Shown in pieces: positions 8,262 through 17,761 of a stretch of DNA of 64,000 nucleotides; within the stretch, counting starts at the first letter, position 1; each line of letters begins with the position of its first letter. The notes under the pieces were generated by a model that ran no database searches, was not told where the DNA came from, and saw nothing but the letters and a program-made list of their open reading frames with translations. The position numbers were made by a program, and so were the translations under genes. The stretch spans positions 20,274 to 84,273 of the IMG/VR virus record IMGVR_UViG_3300046522_000173; one strand, written 5' to 3'. This stretch comes from a virus (lineage: Duplodnaviria; Heunggongvirae; Uroviricota; Caudoviricetes).

Positions 8262-11200
8262 TATTGCTGCTCCATATCCAGATACACAGTACGCTCATCA
8301 ACACGTGCCGGAGTAGATGCTGTGGTAATCTTGCAAGTAACTGTTGCTTGACTTCCCGTGCCACCCGACACAAACACTGTTGTCTTATTGCCTGTGGCAT
8401 AACTGCCTGCATCATCCACACCACTCAACGTAAACGTCACGGAAGCAATCGCAGGCGAGCCCATATCAGCGAGCCACGCAGACCAATCGAATGTGATGTC
8501 GATGGTGGAGTTCGGGTCTTTAGAACCGTGAGGCTTCTTAGGGTCGTTGAGATTCCAGAACTTCCCTCCAGTGAACACAGGTGCGATTGCTTGGACGGCC
8601 ACCGTACGTGCTGCACTTGGTGTGAAGCTCGCCGTTGCAGGAGTCGCAGCAGGTGTCGTCACAGTTGCTACACCGCTCTTGCTAGTATCCGCAGTGCTAG
8701 TGGCAGTCACAGTGATTGTTTGCGACGACGATGTAGCAGCCGGTGCTGTGAACAAACCGGAAGAACTTACACTGCCCGCGCTTGCCGTCCATGTAACAGA
8801 TTGCGATGGAGAGTTTGTTCCTACCACTGTTGCTGCGAATTGCTGTGTTGCGCCACCCACCACCGTGGCCGTGCTCGGAGACACACTCACACTAGAGACT
8901 GTTGCCACTGCCGCAGGTACTGTGACAGTAGAAGTGTTCGACTTGGTAGAGTCTTGAACACTCGTTGCGCGCACAGTGACTGTTTGAATACTTGTAGTAG
9001 CTGCCGGTGCGGTAAACAGGCCCGAAGAGTTAATAGTGCCAGCCGTTGTCGTCCAGGTTACACTCTGTGAAGGCGAGTTAGTCCCTGTAACTGTCGCAGA
9101 GAATTGTTGTGTGGCTCCACCATTCACTGTTGCAGAAGTGGGCGAGACACTTACACTTGTCACTGTTGGAACAAGAGCAGCAATCGTTACAGTTGCCGTT
9201 CCAGACTTAGTACTATCTGCTACACTGGTTGCTGTAACTGTAATAGTCTGTGCAGAGGTAGTTGCTGCTGGAGCCGTGAACACACCACCACTTGTAACCG
9301 ATCCTGCGGTTGTGGACCAAGTAACAGATTGCGACGGAGAGTTAGTACCATTAACCGTAGCAGTGAATGTTGTAGAACCTGTCGCCGTACTTGGAGAGAC
9401 TGTGACACTAGATACTATAGGTACGGCTGCTGCAATTGTTACTGTCGCTGTGCCGGATTTAGAAGTATCGAATGTACTCGTCGCCGTAACTGTAATGGTC
9501 TGAGTAGAGCCTGTGGCAGCGGGTGCAGTGAACACACCTCCGCTTGTGATCGTGCCACCTGTCGCAGACCATGTTACACTTTGTGGTGGCGAGTTTGTGC
9601 CGGTTACAGTGGCAGTGAATGTTGTCGATCCGGTTGCTGTTGTGGGTGAAACTGTGACGCCGGAAACTGTGGCACTTGCGCTAGCTGTAACCAACTCGTT
9701 TTCAGCAACCATTGGCAATGGAGTCGCACCATTGCCATAGACAGGAGTGCCAATATCAGGGGCGTTGCCAGGGAGGTACTTGACTACAACGGATGAACCT
9801 AGTGCGCGGTCGCACGTAAGCGTAATATGTGTAGCGTCTGTACGAACAGCGGAGACAACACTTGCAGTCCCTGTAGTGTCCGATACAACAAATCCTGTGA
9901 TACTACTCGTTGGTGTGAAATCAGTACTCGTTCCACGGTGCGCGATAGTGGCTACAACAGTGCTGCCGTTTACTACCAAGGATGTGATCTTCGGGCCGCG
10001 CTGATAAACACCAGAAGCTGCTATTTCACCCCAAACATACCTAATACGTTCAGTGCTTCCGTAGATGCCTGCTGTGTCAAGGTGGATGCCATCACCACCG
10101 ATGGTAAAATCTAGGTTCTGAACATGGTAGACGTTCGGGAGGTCTCCGGCTTCGCTCTCTGCGGTATGCACCCACTCGCACCGCTGCGAGAACTGTTCGG
10201 CGGTCTGCTCAGTCGTGGAATACGCCGTGCGGCGGTTCATGCCGGAAATCAGTACCGGGAGCGTCGTGTTGTTCCCTGCCAGTGTGCGCAGGTTGGAAAT
10301 CAACAGCTTAATACGGTCAAGATGTACGGTTTTAGAGGTGACAATCGTTCCCGCTGTATCGTTCGACCCCAGCGAGATAAATGCGCCAGCAAGGGCGTTT
10401 CCTGCGTTCGCTACCGACGCAACGAGTTTCACCCAAACGTCATCGCCAGAATTGAGCCAGTTGCCGTAAGTGGTTCCGCCAACGCCGCGAGGAAGTGCTG
10501 CTGTTACAACACCTGTCTTCCCTGCGATGTACTCCATCATCATGGAAGCTGGAGTTTTGTAAGCCGCGATAACGGACCAACCGCCCTCGTTAACGTAGCT
10601 GGTGATTTCGTTATTCGGGCCACCTGGGTACTCCCAAGCTTGTCCCATCCAAGCACCTGCCGAGGATGACCCTAGGAAGGCGATAATATCACCAACACCC
10701 CAGCGGTTACTATCCACAGCGGACGTGGAGAGCACAGTGCTAGCGCCGTCCTTGGAGCGAACAGCGATGCGATACTTTTTAGAGCCTTGGGGGATAGAGG
10801 GTGTGGCAGTCCACGTTCCGTCGTTGTTGATGGTTGCACTAACATCAAACCATGCTTTTGCAACAGTGCTGTCCGAGTAGGTAAGCTGTGCCTCAATTTT
10901 AGCTGGCTTCGTGCCAGTGTATGTACCCGACAAAGGAACATTGGCCGAGCCGTTAGCCCGCTGGAAAATACGCTCGTTAACTGGGGGAACAACAGTCACG
11001 GTAGGTGCAACGTTCGCTACAACACCTCCTGCACTGGTGGCAGATGCTGTACCTTGGCCATTCGTCGCGATCTGGCGTACAGCAAGGGTCTTGCCCACGT
11101 CTCCACTTACGGGAGTGTAGGTAGCCGAGGTTGCTCCGGCGATATCCGTCCCATCGAGCACCCATTGCTGTGTGCTGGTGATTGGTGCTGTCCCTGTGAC

Positions 11201-12295
11201 GCTAGCCGGAGTGTAAGCGAGGGGAGTTCCTACCTGGGGCGTTGCAGCAAGAGTGGGTGTGCCAGAAATTGTTGGTGGTGCTGCATTAACTGCTGCCGTA
11301 ACAACGACACCTGCACTAGAAGAACTGACAGTGTTGACAGTACCAGATGTAGTGTTTGTGGCGGTTTGCCTAACCTTGAGGGTTTTTCCGGCATCACCAG
11401 TGACAGGTGTGTATGTGGAGGAAGTCGCTCCGCTGATTGCCACGTCGTCTAGCAGCCACTGTGTAGTAACAGTGGGGGTTGGTGTGCCAGTGACAGTTGC
11501 AGCGGTGAACGACGTGGAAACACCAACCTGGGGCGTTCCGTTGATTACAGGTGCCTGCGTAATAGCTACTGGTGTGTCTGTCGGCGCTACATATCCATAA
11601 CCTGCACTAGGGCCATCCGGCAGCGTCGTGGTATTGGCTATTACTGTCATGGCAGACGGGCCGCGATCTTGGTAATCGGAACCATTACTCATGCGGAGAT
11701 ACCATGCAGGGGTGTAGCCCAAGTCCGCGAGCTGCATGCCGTAGGCCAGCTTAGCGATCTCGAAGTCAGTCAGGGCGCGATCAACACGGAACACACGTTC
11801 CATAGCTTCGTCCATTCTGCGGTCGCCGTTACGGTCGCCTATGACGAAGTAACCGGAGTTACCTGGGCCGTCGAGCGCCGTGGTAATAGCAAAGGAACTG
11901 GTGCTGGTCTTGACTGCAGACCCGTCTGTGGGGGCGGTGGTAAGCACAGGGCAATACTTACACACTAGCGCGTTGTCCTTGCGCTGGAGAATGCAAAGAT
12001 ATGCCTTGTTGGCTTCAATCTGAGGATTGAAAGTGACCGAGGCATTAGGTCCACCAGCCGTATCAATATAAGCGCCGAGAGTAGCGGGAGCGCCTCCCAA
12101 CAGCACGAGGCTTAACGAACCAGCGGATTGGAAACCTCCACTAGATACGATGTACTGAGGACTCGACGTGAACGTGCCGTTCATGATCAGCACAGCACCC
12201 ACCGTGAAGTCCGCATTGGGGTAGGTCAGGGTAGCGTTGTCCGCTATCTTCAGCGTGGAGGCGACAGCAAAAGCGCCTTTAAAATCAATACTCAT
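8261..12295 (-). CDS. 1344-aa multidomain neck/fiber-like protein: N-terminal ConA-like lectin domain, two Ig-like repeats, SGNH/GDSL-type esterase domain, five Big_2 repeats, C-terminal domain
   Basis: Uninterrupted ORF. SGNH esterase blocks are present (GDIIAFLGSSSAG, ISLGSNDTAG, GGDGIHLD), followed by five tandem approximately 85-aa Big_2-like repeats (VTVSP..AT..QF.ATV.GTNSPSQSVTW..). It lies between head-closure and tail-completion genes rather than after the tape measure gene. Confidence 0.8.
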   Translation of the reverse strand: MSIDFKGAFAVASTLKIADNATLTYPNADFTVGAVLIMNGTFTSSPQYIVSSGGFQSAGSLSLVLLGGAPATLGAYIDTAGGPNASVTFNPQIEANKAYLCILQRKDNALVCKYCPVLTTAPTDGSAVKTSTSSFAITTALDGPGNSGYFVIGDRNGDRRMDEAMERVFRVDRALTDFEIAKLAYGMQLADLGYTPAWYLRMSNGSDYQDRGPSAMTVIANTTTLPDGPSAGYGYVAPTDTPVAITQAPVINGTPQVGVSTSFTAATVTGTPTPTVTTQWLLDDVAISGATSSTYTPVTGDAGKTLKVRQTATNTTSGTVNTVSSSSAGVVVTAAVNAAPPTISGTPTLAATPQVGTPLAYTPASVTGTAPITSTQQWVLDGTDIAGATSATYTPVSGDVGKTLAVRQIATNGQGTASATSAGGVVANVAPTVTVVPPVNERIFQRANGSANVPLSGTYTGTKPAKIEAQLTYSDSTVAKAWFDVSATINNDGTWTATPSIPQGSKKYRIAVRSKDGASTVLSTSAVDSNRWGVGDIIAFLGSSSAGAWMGQAWEYPGGPNNEITSYVNEGGWSVIAAYKTPASMMMEYIAGKTGVVTAALPRGVGGTTYGNWLNSGDDVWVKLVASVANAGNALAGAFISLGSNDTAGTIVTSKTVHLDRIKLLISNLRTLAGNNTTLPVLISGMNRRTAYSTTEQTAEQFSQRCEWVHTAESEAGDLPNVYHVQNLDFTIGGDGIHLDTAGIYGSTERIRYVWGEIAASGVYQRGPKITSLVVNGSTVVATIAHRGTSTDFTPTSSITGFVVSDTTGTASVVSAVRTDATHITLTCDRALGSSVVVKYLPGNAPDIGTPVYGNGATPLPMVAENELVTASASATVSGVTVSPTTATGSTTFTATVTGTNSPPQSVTWSATGGTITSGGVFTAPAATGSTQTITVTATSTFDTSKSGTATVTIAAAVPIVSSVTVSPSTATGSTTFTATVNGTNSPSQSVTWSTTAGSVTSGGVFTAPAATTSAQTITVTATSVADSTKSGTATVTIAALVPTVTSVSVSPTSATVNGGATQQFSATVTGTNSPSQSVTWTTTAGTINSSGLFTAPAATTSIQTVTVRATSVQDSTKSNTSTVTVPAAVATVSSVSVSPSTATVVGGATQQFAATVVGTNSPSQSVTWTASAGSVSSSGLFTAPAATSSSQTITVTATSTADTSKSGVATVTTPAATPATASFTPSAARTVAVQAIAPVFTGGKFWNLNDPKKPHGSKDPNSTIDITFDWSAWLADMGSPAIASVTFTLSGVDDAGSYATGNKTTVFVSGGTGSQATVTCKITTASTPARVDERTVYLDMEQQ
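8650..9690 (-). repeat. five tandem approximately 258-bp coding repeats (Big_2 domain repeats inside 8261..12295)
   Basis: Periodic near-identical protein segments. The antisense plus-strand pseudo-ORFs with repeating VAVTVIV motifs are a consequence of the repeats. Confidence 0.7.
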
Positions 12296-12484
12296 TTATA
12301 ATCCTTCTTTAAGCCGCTGCGTAATAAACTGGAAGATTTCGTTATTTGACTTCCCAGTCACATCCTCGGCAAAGATAACAATCGTCTTGTTATTAGCCCG
12401 CACAACAATCATATCAGCGTCAGGGTGCTCAGCTTCCGCTCTAATGTCTACTATCCACTCGTCAATCTCCTGCTTTGTAGTCAT
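12296..12484 (-). CDS. hypothetical small protein (62 aa; ORF track gives 12296..12526, internal ATG at 12484 overlapping the upstream stop as ATGTCA)
   Basis: Start chosen at the ATG coupled to the stop of 12486..12884. Confidence 0.4.
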   Translation of the reverse strand: MTTKQEIDEWIVDIRAEAEHPDADMIVVRANNKTIVIFAEDVTGKSNNEIFQFITQRLKEGL

Positions 12485-12485
12485 G

Positions 12486-12884
12486 TCATTCCCTAACGAA
12501 CAACTCGTACAGCACACATCCTGCATCTGTCATAGATGGGTTATACTGCTTGAGCGTGATAATCTTGTACACCTTGTCGCCAAGTTTGAGTTTGTCACGA
12601 TTGGGGAGCAGATGTGGCAAAGGCAAGCCTGTCTCAGTTTTATGCGGAGGCTGCACAAACACTTGCTTGTCGCCGGATTGAATGAGGCTAGTGCCAGATG
12701 TGCCCAATCCTTGCTTCTTATCGAGATAATCGAAGAACATCGCGTTCACTCTGTAGTCAGTAGTGGAGACAACATTCTGAGAAGTTTCAGGGTCGTATTG
12801 CTCGCTAGTGGCTACAACAATGTACGCTGTAGTGCCGAAGGAAGCCATCATGTCCGCTACAGATTCATCGAACAGGCTAATCAT
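12486..12884 (-). CDS. head closure / connector-like protein
   Basis: 132 aa; assigned from position after the major capsid gene. Confidence 0.35.
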   Translation of the reverse strand: MISLFDESVADMMASFGTTAYIVVATSEQYDPETSQNVVSTTDYRVNAMFFDYLDKKQGLGTSGTSLIQSGDKQVFVQPPHKTETGLPLPHLLPNRDKLKLGDKVYKIITLKQYNPSMTDAGCVLYELFVRE

Positions 12885-13270
12885 AGCGGTTTAATCCATT
12901 CGTCAAAGCACAGTTCCTTGTCCCAGTTCTTAGTGAAGCGTACAATTGGGGAAGGTTCACCAGTGCCGCTGTAGGGGAGGGGGCTGATGTCGCTGATATT
13001 CGGGTCCTTCAGAAGCATCTCTACATACTGGCGGTATTGCGAGAATTGCTGATTGCCATAAACCGTAAGAGTGTTCAAAGATTGCTGACTCTTGAAGGCA
13101 AGCTGTCCAAGAATGTACATTGCGCAAATCCTGGTTGCTTTCTTGAGATTGCCGTTTGCTTCGGTGAGAGCTTGTTCGTACACTTCGTCAGAGAGTAGTT
13201 GGAGGTCTCTGGTGTCTCCTACGCGGATTCGAAGTAGGCCGGTTGGTGTTGAGAGGTCAAGAATTGCCAT
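12881..13270 (-). CDS. head-tail adaptor-like protein
   Basis: 129 aa, first gene after the major capsid gene. Confidence 0.35.
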   Translation of the reverse strand: MAILDLSTPTGLLRIRVGDTRDLQLLSDEVYEQALTEANGNLKKATRICAMYILGQLAFKSQQSLNTLTVYGNQQFSQYRQYVEMLLKDPNISDISPLPYSGTGEPSPIVRFTKNWDKELCFDEWIKPL

Positions 13271-13294
13271 GCTTACTCCTTTTAGTATTCTTAC

Positions 13295-13322
13295 TAAAAC
13301 ACCCTCCGAAGAAGGTGTTTCG
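13295..13322 (-). terminator. hairpin (AAACACC..ttcg..GGTGTTT) immediately after the major capsid gene
   Basis: 7 to 9-bp stem with a TTCG loop; weak U tract; probably an attenuator. Confidence 0.35.
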
Positions 13323-13339
13323 ATCAGAATGCTATCTGA

Positions 13340-14383
13340 TTAGTTGCTCGACGTAACTTTGATGATCGATGCAGGGCGGGTTGCGAAGAACAGTGGTGCT
13401 GCTTCAAGTTCCAGCTCTACGTACTCATCTTTAGGATCGACGTAAGTTTTCATGTACAGCTCTTGTCCAGGCTGGTTCGCGCCAGACATCTTAGCCGAAG
13501 GGCCGTTGAAGCCACGGAACAGGTCGTTCACGCCGCGAGCAAAAGCGATACCAGTGCTATCAGCGAAAGCAACTTCCGACGAGCCGGTTGGCAGATTGAA
13601 CGTTGCGTCGTACGACACGAACTTGATGCCCCGATGCTCAAACACGTCCATGATGCCCCACTTCATGTAGTCGGTCAGGTCGTCGCGCAGTACTTGTTTG
13701 CCGCTGTTCACGTAGAACTGGTAAGCATTCTTGATGCTTGCATGCGAAATCAACTTGTCGAAGAACACTGGATCGACCAGCACTTCCACACCAGAGATCG
13801 CGCCGCCGTTCATGACGTTCTTAGCAATCTTGGTCTTCAGTTGACGGATGATAGCGTCAACGTTAGTGGTAGAGGTGCCCAGCAGGAAGTCACTAGTATC
13901 TTGTGTGATACCAAACTCCGAATACATGTCAGCCATCACAGTACCGTCTGGGGTCTTGAACACGCCCTTCAGTGCTTGCAGCTTCATGTACTCTTGGGTT
14001 TGATCCCAAGCCATGCGCATATCGCCCAGCTTCTCAGCAGTGGCGTGTGCAATGGTTTCTTCATCGGTACGACCAACTTGACGATGGCCCTGGATGTCGT
14101 CGCCGGTCAGACGGTCTTCGTGTTTGAAGTAAGCCAGTTTCAGGGCGAAGGTATCGGCCTTGCGCTCTTTACCTTGAGTAGCAGCTTTACCGCCACGATT
14201 CACCTGCGGCAGCAGAGTGGTGGTGTTGTAGTCGCGGTCGAAGATGATAGCGGTTTGGCTGGTCGATTTGACGTTGAACAGGTTCAGGCTGTTGATGTAG
14301 CCGTATTGCAGAGGCATTTGGGTGATGCCATCAACAAACTCAGTGGTCTTGAAACTGTTGAAATAGTCGCGGATGATAGTCAT
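13340..14383 (-). CDS. major capsid protein (HK97-fold type)
   Basis: 347 aa, in the protease-scaffold-decoration-capsid gene order, followed by a hairpin. Confidence 0.6.
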   Translation of the reverse strand: MTIIRDYFNSFKTTEFVDGITQMPLQYGYINSLNLFNVKSTSQTAIIFDRDYNTTTLLPQVNRGGKAATQGKERKADTFALKLAYFKHEDRLTGDDIQGHRQVGRTDEETIAHATAEKLGDMRMAWDQTQEYMKLQALKGVFKTPDGTVMADMYSEFGITQDTSDFLLGTSTTNVDAIIRQLKTKIAKNVMNGGAISGVEVLVDPVFFDKLISHASIKNAYQFYVNSGKQVLRDDLTDYMKWGIMDVFEHRGIKFVSYDATFNLPTGSSEVAFADSTGIAFARGVNDLFRGFNGPSAKMSGANQPGQELYMKTYVDPKDEYVELELEAAPLFFATRPASIIKVTSSN

Positions 14384-14401
14384 TGTAGTGTTCCTTACTT
14401 A

Positions 14402-14797
14402 TTAAACTTGTGCACGGATGTGGATGTTCTTAGCGCGCAGGGCGTTTTGAACGATGGTCTGGTTAGCACCGGAGACGACATCCTTGTAGACCAGGCCTTT
14501 ATCGACAACACCTGCGTGACCAGTGCGCAGCACAACCAGTTGGTAATCACCAGCAGCCAGCGACGGCACATCAACAACGGTGTCGATCAGAACAACAACG
14601 TCAGCATTCAGAGTAGCCACATCAGCATTGGCAACCCACTTGTATTTGCTAGTGCCGTCATATTGCAGCACAGCACCCACATCCATGCCAGCCGAAACCG
14701 TGACGGTAACAACCTTACGGCACACACCCTTGTCAGCCATTTCTTCAAAAGCCAGAACGCCCGACAGCTTATTCCCACGCGAAGCAATTTTGCTCAT
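14402..14797 (-). CDS. head decoration-like protein
   Basis: 131-aa beta-rich protein between the scaffold and major capsid genes. Confidence 0.4.
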   Translation of the reverse strand: MSKIASRGNKLSGVLAFEEMADKGVCRKVVTVTVSAGMDVGAVLQYDGTSKYKWVANADVATLNADVVVLIDTVVDVPSLAAGDYQLVVLRTGHAGVVDKGLVYKDVVSGANQTIVQNALRAKNIHIRAQV

Positions 14798-14810
14798 TTC
14801 AATTCCTTAT

Positions 14811-15317
14811 TTACTTAGTCTTGATAAATTTGTTGAAATGCACAGGCTTCTTCTCCTCTTGGGGTTTGGCTTGGGCATCTACACCAGTTTCCGTGAACAG
14901 TTCCGACTTAGCTTCTGCTTCCATGTTGGTTGCCATAGCACCCAGCACAGCGTCAAATGCTACGTCGTTCAGTTCCTTCGTTGCTTCCATCAGCGCAGTA
15001 GCCTTCACGTCACCAACAGTCTCAACAATCTTTGCCATACGGGCATCCATCTTTGCTTGCAGAGCAGCAGCTTCAACAGTAGCTTTCTCTTCAGCGACAG
15101 CAGCCAGCTTGGCGGTGGCTTCTTCCAGTGCCTTGTTAGTGGCTTCCAGGTTCTCGGACATAGAGGCCACCAGAGCAGTTTGTTCTGCGAAAGAGGCTTT
15201 CAGTTCCGAGAGTTCTGTAGCCATTGCTTGCACTTCCAGCGCCGGGGCGTTGATAGTTCCTTCAATAGTCATTTCGACCTCTTCCTTGTTAAAATACTTT
15301 TGCAATTGCTTCAGCAT
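14811..15317 (-). CDS. scaffolding protein
   Basis: 168 aa, Ala/Glu-rich coiled coil, downstream of the protease gene. Confidence 0.55.
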   Translation of the reverse strand: MLKQLQKYFNKEEVEMTIEGTINAPALEVQAMATELSELKASFAEQTALVASMSENLEATNKALEEATAKLAAVAEEKATVEAAALQAKMDARMAKIVETVGDVKATALMEATKELNDVAFDAVLGAMATNMEAEAKSELFTETGVDAQAKPQEEKKPVHFNKFIKTK

Positions 15318-16159
15318 TACGATTTTCCTTTATGCTTTTCGGCTACGTATGCCGAGAATTGTTTGTGATCCATAACTTTGTTCACGAGGCCGGTTTCCAG
15401 GGCAGCATCTGCATGGAACATCTTTGCATCCCAAGACAGAATGTCGGCTACAGGGATGCCTGTGTACGAGTGAACGTGCTGGGCGAACAGGTTGCCAAGG
15501 CGGGTCACTTCGTCCTGCATCTCAGCAAGGAACTCTTTGGAGAACGAGCCGTCTTCTGCGAAAGGGGTTTTGCCAGGAGTGCTGGAAATGTAGATTGGCT
15601 TGAGGCCAGCCATTTCCATTGCTTTGGAGCGGTCTAGCAAACTTACGACGCAACCCACCGAGCCGGTTTGAGCGTCAGGATGGATAATCACTTCGTCAGC
15701 AGCGATGTTGAGTGCCAGAGAGGCAGAGGCAGACATCGTGTCAATGTACGAGTACCAAGTAACACCAGCTTCGTCACACATTGCGCGAAGGTCGTTCGCG
15801 GTGGAGAAGCAGTGACTCGCTTGTCCGCCAGGGCTGGAGTGCACAGTGATGAGCGTTGTGATACCATCGTCAATCAGCATCTGCGCTTGTTCAAGGATGC
15901 CTTGATAGCTACAGCCAGTGATGCCGCCACATGCACCGAGGATTGGCTTATAGGACAAGGCTCCATCGACTTGAAGCTCCCCAATCTTTTCAAGCTTCTG
16001 AGGCTTGACAGGCTCCTTATCCTTCACTACAATCGTAGACGAGAACTCAGGAGAGTTACGAGCGTTGATGTAGTCTAGAAGGTTAGTGGCAGCTTCGGCT
16101 GTGATGAGGTGCGGAGTGTTGTATAGTGACGATGCAAAACGAAAAAGGCTATGTGCCAT
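15317..16159 (-). CDS. prohead protease, peptidase S49 (SppA/ClpP-like) family
   Basis: 280 aa with S49-like motifs (TVHSSPGGQAS, MSASASLALNIAADEV), between the portal and scaffold genes. Confidence 0.65.
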   Translation of the reverse strand: MAHSLFRFASSLYNTPHLITAEAATNLLDYINARNSPEFSSTIVVKDKEPVKPQKLEKIGELQVDGALSYKPILGACGGITGCSYQGILEQAQMLIDDGITTLITVHSSPGGQASHCFSTANDLRAMCDEAGVTWYSYIDTMSASASLALNIAADEVIIHPDAQTGSVGCVVSLLDRSKAMEMAGLKPIYISSTPGKTPFAEDGSFSKEFLAEMQDEVTRLGNLFAQHVHSYTGIPVADILSWDAKMFHADAALETGLVNKVMDHKQFSAYVAEKHKGKS

Positions 16160-16169
16160 ATGTGTGTCC

Positions 16170-17654
16170 TTACGCGGCGTTTTCTGAATTTTGAGTGCTG
16201 CTGTCCTTACCTGTTGGCTTCTTCGCTGTTCCGTCGAAAGGCGTTTTCATGCCCTCCCCGGCATTACTAGACTCCATGGTGAACTCCAGATCAGCTATGT
16301 TTGTATCGTCAGGTAGTTGCGTGACACCCATAGACTTACGAACACGATTGACAGTCGGGATATCTTTTACAACAACGCCAACAGATGCTGTACGCTGGAA
16401 AAGCTTGCCCAGTTCATCTGCACTCATGGAAGTTATATCGCCGGGTACAAACTTGGGAAGATTCTCCAAGCCCCACCCATTCAAGCGATATAGTTGTGGA
16501 ACTAGATCATGATTCAGCACGTCCGCAATTTCGTTGAGCCTGTGCCCAACAGCAAGGGCGAGAACGTTAGTGTCGCTATCGGCCAAAGAAAAGCTGCCTT
16601 CGTGGCTGCCAGTTTTGAGGATATCAACGCCAAGCGTGGACAAGATTTCATCTTGATAGCGCCTTGCGGCTTGGTCTACGTTAGCAATGCTGCTACCACC
16701 GCTGCCCTTCATAAACTCGACATCGAACATGTCTTTCTTAGACTCAGGGTCGATGAAGGTGGGGAAGACAATACCTTCGCTAGTGCCATTGGCAAGATTG
16801 GTCAGAATCTGCTTACATGTCTCGTATACCGCCTTTTCTTCGTCGCTGGCGTCTGCTGCCATGAACTTGGCAGGGATACGGATGAGTGGAAGGCCAGCGG
16901 ACTCTTTCGCAATAGACAACAGCTCTTTTTCTTTGAGGAGGGTAAGCTGCTTGTGTGATAAATAGACGCCCTTTAAAATCGAGTGCCCAAGAGGGTTGCC
17001 TCGTGTTGCGTCTGCTGTAAACAACAAGAATTTCTCACGTGGGATGCGAATCAAGCCTTCGTCATCAGTGAGGTTTTGATACAGATAACCATGCTCAAGA
17101 TTTGCAATCGATTGGCACACGGCGACGAGTTCACGACCATCTTCCGAGAACTCCCATTTCTGGAGAGTTTCTTGCGGGCGAGGTGTAAGCTTGCGAATTC
17201 CCACGAGACCGTCACTAAATTTGGAGCCATTCTTTGCAAGGCGGCGGCGATAAACTTTCTCTTGCACGCCGTGTCCGTAGACGATGAACTCACTAACGTC
17301 AGCAATGAACTGGCCCCAGCTAATCTCCATATCGTCACGCATAGAATCAATAGCCTTGGCGCGCTGTTTGTCTTGCTCACTTGCGCCGATGGGCGGTTCT
17401 ACGCTCCAGGGGACGCGGCACATCAGTGTTCGGTAGGCGTTTAGTGCGGAAGCGATGATTGCTGTTTTACGCATCTCATCGATTGTGCGGAAGAAATGCT
17501 CGGGGCGGAATGCCCTGTTAGCTTCCTCGTAAATTCGCCCGTTGGCTACTTTCAGAGCGCCGAAGCCGACTTCTCCTAGGCCAATACGAGGAACAGCAAC
17601 CCCTTCATCAGCCGCCAGAGCAGCCGTATCTTTTTTAGGCTTCTTAGCTGCCAT
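16170..17654 (-). CDS. portal protein
   Basis: 494 aa, between the terminase large subunit and the protease. Confidence 0.65.
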   Translation of the reverse strand: MAAKKPKKDTAALAADEGVAVPRIGLGEVGFGALKVANGRIYEEANRAFRPEHFFRTIDEMRKTAIIASALNAYRTLMCRVPWSVEPPIGASEQDKQRAKAIDSMRDDMEISWGQFIADVSEFIVYGHGVQEKVYRRRLAKNGSKFSDGLVGIRKLTPRPQETLQKWEFSEDGRELVAVCQSIANLEHGYLYQNLTDDEGLIRIPREKFLLFTADATRGNPLGHSILKGVYLSHKQLTLLKEKELLSIAKESAGLPLIRIPAKFMAADASDEEKAVYETCKQILTNLANGTSEGIVFPTFIDPESKKDMFDVEFMKGSGGSSIANVDQAARRYQDEILSTLGVDILKTGSHEGSFSLADSDTNVLALAVGHRLNEIADVLNHDLVPQLYRLNGWGLENLPKFVPGDITSMSADELGKLFQRTASVGVVVKDIPTVNRVRKSMGVTQLPDDTNIADLEFTMESSNAGEGMKTPFDGTAKKPTGKDSSTQNSENAA

Positions 17655-17761
17655 TGGTACTCCTTTTATTTACTAAGCAGGATTGTAGCATAAGATATGA
17701 TTGTTGTCAAATCTTATGCAGACAAGGCTGCTTAGGTGTGTTATGATGGGTAGGATGTGGG

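Noticed and set aside
8650-9690. Highly periodic approximately 258-bp repeats that could be mistaken for a CRISPR-like or satellite array
   Set aside because: They are in-frame coding repeats (Big_2 Ig-like domains) inside the 1344-aa protein. There are no short direct repeats with unique spacers anywhere in the window.
13463-14818. 451-aa plus-strand ORF
   Set aside because: Antisense to the major capsid and decoration genes; translation is low-complexity (Val/Ala/Leu-rich) with no RBS. It is an artefact of the codon bias of the opposite strand.
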